This document shows, in pieces, positions 56,314-64,000 of a stretch of 64,000 bases of DNA. Each line of letters begins with the position of its first letter. Within the stretch, counting starts at the first letter, position 1. Both the position numbers and the translations under genes were made by a program. The stretch comes from a candidate division FCPU426 bacterium (GTDB lineage Bacteria > Oederibacteriota > PGYV01 > Palsa-1178): NCBI GenBank assembly GCA_963840035.1, contig CAWIXE010000001.1, positions 800,001-864,000 on the forward strand, read 5' to 3'. The notes beneath the pieces were generated by a model. It searched no databases. It saw only the letters and a list, made by a program, of their open reading frames with translations, and was not told where the DNA came from.

Positions 56314-59300
56314 ATGGCTAAAAAAACGTCCGTCTGGAAACTCATCATCAAGTACTTAACGCTCGCCTTAGTCTTCATCGCTGTGCCGGCATTCATCAAT
56401 TTTTTCAACCGGTCTGAATACGGGGTTTTTGAGGGCATGTCGCGGTTCGCGGCGCGGTACCAGCTATTCGCGGGCATCATCATATTTGCCCTGGCTTACG
56501 CGCTCAGGGTGCTTGTCAAAAAGCAGACTCCCGAGCTCACAAAGGGCGCTGCCGCGTTCCTCTTAGGCGGGCTTATTACCATGGTGCTGTTAAAGACCAT
56601 CCCGTACCTGAATACTTTCCAGAACCTGTCGATAATGTACCTGACGGGCTGGGCCATGTTCCTTTCATATTACTTCCTTGAGGAACTGCCGGGCATTGCG
56701 GCAGGCCTGAAGGAATTCGTGGAAACCGCCTCAAAGACAGCGGGACATGTCATCAAGTGGATATGGCTGGCTTTTTTAGTGCTGGCCATGCCGTTCATCC
56801 TCCTGCATATAATGAACAATGATTACAACCTATCCGAGACTTTCCGCGCTAATTTTGTGGCACTGGGGCTCGTGTTTTTCCTGATTCCCGCTGCCTGGCG
56901 CTTTTTTATAAAAAAGGAAAAGTTCAGCTTCCTCCTCTCGTCGGGAATATTCATATTGACCGGAATTATCGCGCTTCTGCTGCAAAACTTATTTTTAAAA
57001 CTTAACTTTATCGATGCCAGGATTTACCGCTACTTCGGCGTTATGATCGCCGCTTATTTATCCATGCGCGACGCCGCGGTGATGAACTTCCTTCACGCGG
57101 TAAGGGACAAGGTGTGGTCGTGGCTCGGCCCGAAAATGAAGAAAACCCTGACGGCTGCCGGCGAATTTCTCGGGAAATATTCCAAAAAATCAGCGGGCAA
57201 GATAAAGGAAGTAAAGAACAAAAGGATAAAGGCCTTGATTGCCGCCGGAATCGTGGTCGCCGCGATTGCCCTTTTTAATCTCGGCAAATTCATATACGAC
57301 AGGTCCTTCGTCTCAGTGCTGGCGCTCTCCCCGCAGGGGGAAGTGGGCAATAACATCATGATTACGGCCGAGTTTTCGAAGCCGGTTGACTTAAAAGTAA
57401 AGGATGTTACGGAACTCCGGTGTTTCACCATAACGCCGGAGCTTAAGGGCAAATACACATTTGAAAATAAAAAGACAGTCATGTTCTCGCCGGACGAGCC
57501 TTTGAAGCCGTCAACCGATTATGAAGTTACCATGGATATCGGAAAGTTCTTCACAGCCCCTGGAAAGCAGTTAATCGGCGCGCCTAAGACGCAGTTCCAT
57601 ACGCCTTACATGAAAATAACGGACAGCAGGTTCTTCGTCAATAAGGACATACTTAAAAACGAGGAAAAGGAAGTGGTCGGCGAGGTTAATTTCAATTACC
57701 CGGCCAGCATCGAGGACTTTAAGAACTCGGTGGAAGTGACAAAAATAATAATGCCCAATTGCAGCCAGCTGGCGAAGAACGAGTCCTCCATGAAATTTAC
57801 CGTGGAGAAGTCAGAGTCGCCGACGCGTTTTTACATACGCATACCGGACATCCAGAGGAGTTATGACTGCCAGGAAATAAGGGTCGGGATAGCAAGCGGC
57901 ATAAAATGCCCGGAATGCACTATAGGAATGGCAGACAGGTTCGAAACCTCGGTGAACATATCGCAGAAAGTGCTCCTGGGCGTGGAAAGCGTGGCGCCGT
58001 GGCAGGAGGAAGGCTCCTCATCAGTGGCCATCAGGTTTAACATGCCGGTGTCCGAGGAGCAGGTCAGGAAATATGTCACTATAATAAGGAAGCCCACCAT
58101 AAACAAGCCCGCAGTGCAGATACCATTTACATTAAAGACGGAATACTGCTACGCCATGCTCTCGGGCGATTTTGAGCCGAACATAGCCTACGAGGTCACA
58201 ATAGGCTCCGGCATAACATCCAAAAGCGGGGATCCTTTCTCATACGCCAAGGGTTACACAACGTCAGTTACCGTGCGCGACCTGCCCTCTAGCCTGGATT
58301 ACGCCGAGGAAGGCGAGATAGTAAGCGCGGCAGGGCCCATGAACGTGGCTCTGCGCGTCATGAACCTGGACAGGATATATGTAAGGCTCTATAAGGTATT
58401 TAAAAACAACCTCGTGCATTACTTAAGATACCAGGACATAGGAAATAACGGCAACCAGATATACGCCGGTAACTACGACATAACAGGCGGGAAAATAAAC
58501 CAGGAGATAACAGAGTACATAAACTTTGACAAATTCTCAAAGGAACCATACAAGGGAATATTTGTGGCGGAAATATCAGACCCGAAAAGCGGCTGGGAAA
58601 ATAAGAGAAAGCTCATCAGGTGCACGAACCTTGGCATGATAGCCAAGACCTCGGGCAAAGACCTGCACGTAAAGGTGATGTACATCAACAACCTCCAGCC
58701 CGCCGCGGACATAACGGTAAAGCTCATGTCCACCACCAACCAGGTCATGAAGGAATTCAAGACCGACGCTTCGGGCAAAGTCGTATACAAAAACTGGCGC
58801 GAGGCCATGTATAACTTCAGCCCGTATCTCGTACTGGCGGAGAACGGCGAGGATTTCTCATACCTTTTATTTGACGGCTCCATGCTGGATAACTACAGGT
58901 TTGACACGGGCGGCGAGCCAACCTTAAACGAGGGCATGAAAGGCTACTTAACCTCGGACAGGGGGCTTTACAGGCCGGGAGAGACAGTCAACTTGACCGC
59001 GATAGTGCGCAATAACGACATGACCATGCCCCCGGGCATAATTATAGAGAACAGGATCATAGGGCCTCAGGGCGAAGTGGTACAGTCTGAAAAGAAAGCC
59101 TTAAACACCCAGGCCATGGAAACGTTCAGGCTCAAGCTTACGCTCTCGTCCACCACCGGGGAGTACCGCTCCGAGATAAGGTTAAATGACGACAGGGTGA
59201 TAGGTTCGGCCACATTCAAGGTGGAGGAGTTTATACCTGATAAGCTCGTGGTGGACGTGAAAAGCGAGACACCCGAGATAAACGCGGGAAGCCCTCTGCT

Positions 59301-62300
59301 CTTTACCGTGCAGGCCAACCAGATGTTCGGTCCGCCTGCCGCGGGAAACAGGGCCGAGACCGAAGTAAAGTTCATAGACTACACCTTCCAGTCTAAAAAA
59401 TTCAAGGACTATGTCTTCAGGGACCCGCAGAAAAATTTCTCGGAAAAATTCGAGAGGCTCGGCAATGAGAACCTGGACCCGCTGGGCCGCGCGCGCTACG
59501 AAGTGCCTGTGCCGTCAAACGCCAACCCGCCCTCAGCCCTTTTGGCCGAGATATACACGGAAGTGTATGACGACGGGGGAAGGCCGGTGGGCGCTTATAA
59601 GACCATACCGGTGCACATTTACAACTATTACCTCGGCCTGAAGTTAAAGGACCCGAGGAAGATATATAAGCGCGGGGACAAGGTGGAACTCGACATCGCC
59701 GCCATTAATTCCGCCGATGAACCGCAGAAGGTGAAAAACGTCGAAGTCATAGTAAAAAGGAAAGTATGGTACTCCATATTCCGCGCCACAAGGTGGAACA
59801 GGCAGAGCTATGATTCCTCATACTACGAAGAGGCTGTTGTTTATAAAAACATGGACATAAGCGGCCAGGCATCGCTTGCCTTTGACGCGGATGTGGAGGG
59901 CGAATACTACGTCTACGTGGGCAACCAGGAAAAAATGAGGACCGGCATCACCATAAACGTATCCGGCCCGGGCTTTACCACCTATGACATGTCAAACGCG
60001 GAAAAAGTCACCATAGCAACTGACAAGGAAAAATATAAAGCAGGCGATACAGCGGTAGTATCCATAAAAGCGCCCTTTGACGGCATGGCATATGTCACGC
60101 TCGACAGGGACAAGATTTACTACGAGCGCTACGTGGCCCTGGTCAACGGCAGCGCCACCATAGAGATACCCGTGAAGGAAGAATACCTGCCTAACGTCTA
60201 CTTAAACGTCGTGGCAGTCAGGAAACCTGACGAGAAATACACGTCACTGCCTTTTGCCGCTTACGGCGTGCAGAACATTTCCATAGACAAGTCGGCGAAA
60301 GACCTGGATCCGAAGATCACCTGCAAGGATGAGGCCATGTCCACAGAGGGAATAAACGTGGAGATATCAGGCCTGCCAGCGGGCACTGCCGCGGTATTAG
60401 CCGCGGTGGACGAGGGCATACTGCAGATAATACGCTTTGAGACGCCGGACCCGCTCGCTTTCTACTACAGGAAAAAAGCCATGGAAACAAACACGTATAC
60501 CATATGGAACAAGCTCTTAACCGACGTGGCCGCGAAAAAGCGCGCCATCGGCGGGGACTATGACGCCGGGCCCATGGCAAAGCATTTGAACCCCATAGTG
60601 GCGAAAAACGTGGAGTCCTACGCGAAGTTCTCAGGAATACTCTTCGCGGGCGAGGGCGGCACCATAAACTACAAATTTGATACCAAGAAATTCAACGGCA
60701 AGGTAAGGGTCATGGTCTTTACGGTCAAGAACGACAAGTTCGGCTCTGACGCAAAAAAAGTGAACGTGGTGGACCCCATAGTAATCACGCCGACGCTCCC
60801 GAGGTTTTTAGCGCCGGGAGACGAGTTCTTCCTGCCGGTGAGGGTTTATAACAACACGGCAAAAGACTCGCCATTTGAAATAAAAGTGGATACGGAAGGG
60901 CCGGTTACTTTTGAGAAATCCGTGCTCACTGAGGAAGTCTTAAAGAGCAAGGGCGAGAAGATATTTACTTTCAGGGGGCGCGCAAAAGAGGAAGCGGGCA
61001 AAGCTGTCTTTAACATAACTGCCTCCGGCGCGGATGAAGTCATGAGCGTGGCGCGCGAACTGGCGGTCAGGCCCGCGGCGCATCTCGAGACAAAGGTATA
61101 CAGGGGTTCGCTGGAAACGGGCAAGGACATCAAGTTCGACGTTCCGGGAAATTACATAACACAGGGAAAAAAGACGCGGGTTTTCATGTCATACAGCCGC
61201 GCGGCAGAGTACGCCGGGGCGTTTAATTACCTGATACAGTACCCCTACGGCTGCATAGAGCAGACCACGTCGTCGGCCTTCCCGCTTATATTTTTTAAGG
61301 ACCTGGGCATAGTAAAGATGCTCATGGAATACCAGGGCATAAACGTGGAAACTTACGTCAATGATGCGATAAAGAGGCTCAGGGCTTTTGTGCTGCCGGG
61401 CAACAGGGTTACGTTCTGGCCGGGCTCCTCATATGACGCCTCGGACTGGACAAAACTTTACGTGGCGCACTTCCTCATAGAGGCAAAAAGAAAAGGTTAT
61501 TTTGTGCCTGAAGACCTTTATGATTCAGTGCTTTCCGCTGCGGGATTGACCGCAAACACTCAGGTAAGCATGCAGGTGGAGAACACCGAAGAACAGCAGG
61601 GAAATGAAGGCGAAGGAGAGGGTGAAGGCGGAGGAGACGGATATGAAGGCGGCGGGGACTCGGAGTCCCAGGCTGAGCAGGCATACACTCCGGTTCCTGC
61701 GCCAAGGCTGGACCGGCGCGCTGTTAATGCCGGGGAATACAATTTTGAAAATAACATTTACAAGCTTTACCTTAAAACCCTCATGGAGCAGCCTGATTCC
61801 AACACCATGAAGTATTATGAGGACCTCTTCACCATATACGTCAAAAAGAAACTTAAAAAAGAGAGCGTGCTGAAGGAACTCGGATACACATCGGAAAAGA
61901 TAAGGAACATGCAGTCGTCGCTGGAAAAGGACTACCTCTTAAAGGGCAACCTCATAGAGAGGACAGCGGCTGATTTTGCCAACGGGCTTGATGAGAGGGA
62001 CAAATTCCTCTTATCCATGAGTTACGCGCAGTACAATAACCCTGAGGCCGCGCGCATGGTGATTTTTGACGATTTCAAGTCAAAGTACATGGTAAGGGAG
62101 CTTAACGGCTTCTTTAATTCCTACGCGAGGAACTTAGGCATGTACCTGGCTGCCCTGTCGCAGGCGGAAGGCAAGCCGGGCGCGAGGATAGACTTTAATG
62201 AGGACCTTCTGTTAAAGCAGATAAAAGAGGACGGCTCATTTGGAAACACGCAGGAGACGGCATGGGCATTAATCGGGCTGGGTAACGCCGCTAAAGTGCG

Positions 62301-62940
62301 TTCCAAAGGCCAGCCGATCGCCGCTGACATATACATAAACGGCGCTTTAAGCAAGAGCACATCGGGCGAAGAGGACCTGGCGCTTTTTGACAAAACAAAC
62401 ACGTGGAAAAACCTGAAGATACAGTCAAAAGGGCCGGCAAAATTTTATTACAATATCTTCGTGGAAGGCACGCCCAGGGAAAAGAATAAAAAGTCCATGT
62501 CAAAGAACCTTAAAATATCAAGGAAGTATTATGACGAAGAGGGCAGGGAAGCCAACCTCACTAATGTTGTACAGGGCAAGCTCATCGTGGTATCGGTTAC
62601 ATTAGAGCCGCAGGCCGGAAGGCAGCTGGATAACGTGGTCGTAGTCGACCTACTCCCGGCGGGATTTGAGATAGAGAACCCGAGGTTAAAGACGCGCGGG
62701 TCGCTGAAGTTTAACCCCGTCTCAAACTTTAACGCCGTATATGAGGACATAAGGGATGACAGGATGCTGATGTTCACGGGAGCATTCTCGTCCGCCATGA
62801 CATTCTCATACACGGTCAGGGCCGTATCACCGGGAAAGTTCACCATCCCGAACGCGTACGCGGAAGCCATGTATGACCCGGATGTAAAGGCTGAGTCGTA
62901 TGAGGGCGATTACCTGGTGGTGGCGCCGAATAAATTTTAG
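56314..62940 (+). CDS. yfhM: Bacterial alpha-2-macroglobulin with polytopic N-terminal membrane domain
   Basis: DRGLYRPGETV, FKVEEFIP, AAVDEGIL, PRFLAPGD, thioester YPYGCIEQ, DLLPAGFEIEN, AEAMYDP; upstream of pbpC. Confidence 0.93.
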   Translation: MAKKTSVWKLIIKYLTLALVFIAVPAFINFFNRSEYGVFEGMSRFAARYQLFAGIIIFALAYALRVLVKKQTPELTKGAAAFLLGGLITMVLLKTIPYLNTFQNLSIMYLTGWAMFLSYYFLEELPGIAAGLKEFVETASKTAGHVIKWIWLAFLVLAMPFILLHIMNNDYNLSETFRANFVALGLVFFLIPAAWRFFIKKEKFSFLLSSGIFILTGIIALLLQNLFLKLNFIDARIYRYFGVMIAAYLSMRDAAVMNFLHAVRDKVWSWLGPKMKKTLTAAGEFLGKYSKKSAGKIKEVKNKRIKALIAAGIVVAAIALFNLGKFIYDRSFVSVLALSPQGEVGNNIMITAEFSKPVDLKVKDVTELRCFTITPELKGKYTFENKKTVMFSPDEPLKPSTDYEVTMDIGKFFTAPGKQLIGAPKTQFHTPYMKITDSRFFVNKDILKNEEKEVVGEVNFNYPASIEDFKNSVEVTKIIMPNCSQLAKNESSMKFTVEKSESPTRFYIRIPDIQRSYDCQEIRVGIASGIKCPECTIGMADRFETSVNISQKVLLGVESVAPWQEEGSSSVAIRFNMPVSEEQVRKYVTIIRKPTINKPAVQIPFTLKTEYCYAMLSGDFEPNIAYEVTIGSGITSKSGDPFSYAKGYTTSVTVRDLPSSLDYAEEGEIVSAAGPMNVALRVMNLDRIYVRLYKVFKNNLVHYLRYQDIGNNGNQIYAGNYDITGGKINQEITEYINFDKFSKEPYKGIFVAEISDPKSGWENKRKLIRCTNLGMIAKTSGKDLHVKVMYINNLQPAADITVKLMSTTNQVMKEFKTDASGKVVYKNWREAMYNFSPYLVLAENGEDFSYLLFDGSMLDNYRFDTGGEPTLNEGMKGYLTSDRGLYRPGETVNLTAIVRNNDMTMPPGIIIENRIIGPQGEVVQSEKKALNTQAMETFRLKLTLSSTTGEYRSEIRLNDDRVIGSATFKVEEFIPDKLVVDVKSETPEINAGSPLLFTVQANQMFGPPAAGNRAETEVKFIDYTFQSKKFKDYVFRDPQKNFSEKFERLGNENLDPLGRARYEVPVPSNANPPSALLAEIYTEVYDDGGRPVGAYKTIPVHIYNYYLGLKLKDPRKIYKRGDKVELDIAAINSADEPQKVKNVEVIVKRKVWYSIFRATRWNRQSYDSSYYEEAVVYKNMDISGQASLAFDADVEGEYYVYVGNQEKMRTGITINVSGPGFTTYDMSNAEKVTIATDKEKYKAGDTAVVSIKAPFDGMAYVTLDRDKIYYERYVALVNGSATIEIPVKEEYLPNVYLNVVAVRKPDEKYTSLPFAAYGVQNISIDKSAKDLDPKITCKDEAMSTEGINVEISGLPAGTAAVLAAVDEGILQIIRFETPDPLAFYYRKKAMETNTYTIWNKLLTDVAAKKRAIGGDYDAGPMAKHLNPIVAKNVESYAKFSGILFAGEGGTINYKFDTKKFNGKVRVMVFTVKNDKFGSDAKKVNVVDPIVITPTLPRFLAPGDEFFLPVRVYNNTAKDSPFEIKVDTEGPVTFEKSVLTEEVLKSKGEKIFTFRGRAKEEAGKAVFNITASGADEVMSVARELAVRPAAHLETKVYRGSLETGKDIKFDVPGNYITQGKKTRVFMSYSRAAEYAGAFNYLIQYPYGCIEQTTSSAFPLIFFKDLGIVKMLMEYQGINVETYVNDAIKRLRAFVLPGNRVTFWPGSSYDASDWTKLYVAHFLIEAKRKGYFVPEDLYDSVLSAAGLTANTQVSMQVENTEEQQGNEGEGEGEGGGDGYEGGGDSESQAEQAYTPVPAPRLDRRAVNAGEYNFENNIYKLYLKTLMEQPDSNTMKYYEDLFTIYVKKKLKKESVLKELGYTSEKIRNMQSSLEKDYLLKGNLIERTAADFANGLDERDKFLLSMSYAQYNNPEAARMVIFDDFKSKYMVRELNGFFNSYARNLGMYLAALSQAEGKPGARIDFNEDLLLKQIKEDGSFGNTQETAWALIGLGNAAKVRSKGQPIAADIYINGALSKSTSGEEDLALFDKTNTWKNLKIQSKGPAKFYYNIFVEGTPREKNKKSMSKNLKISRKYYDEEGREANLTNVVQGKLIVVSVTLEPQAGRQLDNVVVVDLLPAGFEIENPRLKTRGSLKFNPVSNFNAVYEDIRDDRMLMFTGAFSSAMTFSYTVRAVSPGKFTIPNAYAEAMYDPDVKAESYEGDYLVVAPNKF

Positions 62941-63029
62941 ATTTTATATTTTAGATTTTAAATTTAAGGTTGGTGGAGCGCTGATTATAATATAATGCGC
63001 GAAACGCAACAATAGACATAAAACGTATT

Positions 63030-64000
63030 ATGATGAAACCTATTAAAATATTGCAGGATTTTTATTTACAGCATAAAAAGATGATCATCGCAGGGGGCGC
63101 CTTAATCGGCGCCCTGCTGCTTATTTTTATTTCCTTAAGCCTCATATTTCCCCTGCCCATCCATAAGATTGAGGATGATTTTTCCGGGCTTCATCTGGAC
63201 TCTTCCGGGAACTTAGTCAGGATAACACTATCCGAATCCGGAAAGTACAGGATAAAGATGAAGCTTGAGGGGATATCGGATTATGTGAAAAAGGGCTTCA
63301 TAGAGTATGAGGACAGGAGCTACTTTTACAACCCCGGGGTCAACCCGTTTGCCATAGCAAGGGCCGCTTTCCTGAATTTGAAAAAGCAAAAGGTGGTCTC
63401 CGGCGGGTCCACCATAACCATGCAGCTGGCAAAACTTCTGGAACCCAAGAAAAAAAGGGATATCTGGGCAAAGATACAGGAGGCCTTCCGCGCGTTTCAG
63501 CTTGAGGCAAGATATTCAAAAAAAGAACTGTTTGAGATTTATTTAAACACCATACCCATGGGCGGCAACATAGAAGGCGTTGCGGCCGCGTCCTATTTTT
63601 ACTTTAACAAGCCGCCTTCAAAACTATCCCTGGGAGAAGCCGCGCTGTTAATAGCTCTTCCCAAGCAGCCAAACAGGCTCCGGCCTGACAGGCACTTAAA
63701 GGAAGCTTATGCCGCCAGGGACATGGTGCTCGGGAGGGTTGCAAACGGGTTAAAACTCGGGGGGGATATTCTCGCTCGCTCGCTTAAAGAAGAGTACCCG
63801 GGAAAAAGGTTCACAAACCCCTATGGCCTGCCGCACCTGGTTAACAGGAAATTTGCGGGAAATAATCTGATAAGGCATTATTTCATAGACGCAGGAATAC
63901 AGGCGCTTGCGGAGTATAAGCTCAAGAACGCTGTTGTTAGATTAAAGGATGCCGGCGTCTATAACGGCGCCGTCATGATAGTGGAAAATAAAAGCGGGCG
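63030..64000 (+). CDS. pbpC: Penicillin-binding protein 1C (3'-partial; absent from ORF track)
   Basis: TM, YEDRSYFYNPGVNP, SGGSTITMQLAK, YLNTIPMGGNIEG transglycosylase motifs; follows alpha-2-macroglobulin. Confidence 0.9.
   Translation, partial: MMKPIKILQDFYLQHKKMIIAGGALIGALLLIFISLSLIFPLPIHKIEDDFSGLHLDSSGNLVRITLSESGKYRIKMKLEGISDYVKKGFIEYEDRSYFYNPGVNPFAIARAAFLNLKKQKVVSGGSTITMQLAKLLEPKKKRDIWAKIQEAFRAFQLEARYSKKELFEIYLNTIPMGGNIEGVAAASYFYFNKPPSKLSLGEAALLIALPKQPNRLRPDRHLKEAYAARDMVLGRVANGLKLGGDILARSLKEEYPGKRFTNPYGLPHLVNRKFAGNNLIRHYFIDAGIQALAEYKLKNAVVRLKDAGVYNGAVMIVENKSG

Overview
Bacterial chromosomal window from a diderm (outer-membrane barrels, TonB system, alpha-2-macroglobulin/PbpC). Every credible gene lies on the + strand. 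No rRNA, tRNA, CRISPR array, integrase or transposase was recognised. 1-28.9 kb is a signalling/stress block: two PAS-rich two-component clusters, each followed by the same 19-bp motif and a DUF2934-like gene. The first is followed by four DUF3494 ice-binding-family genes interleaved with outer-membrane beta-barrels (one IBP has an 11x18-aa Thr-rich stalk and a T9SS-like C-terminal domain next to a PorV-like gene) plus CsbD, lmo0937 and PRC-barrel genes. The second cluster has a CHASE3/5xPAS kinase, a DivK-like regulator, an HD-GYP protein and three tandem REC-PAS-kinase paralogues, two lacking the phospho-His. 29-64 kb is more housekeeping-like: MNT-HEPN toxin-antitoxin with a 42-bp operator, TonB/TBDR/metal ABC, a sigma54 promoter, a frameshifted kinase plus NtrC-type regulator, MscS, TatAC with substrates, ogg, a beta-propeller CTD protein flanked by a duplicated ogg 3' end, and a membrane-fused alpha-2-macroglobulin with pbpC. 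This half is rich in several palindromic repeat families. All family calls come from motif recognition by eye, not database searches.
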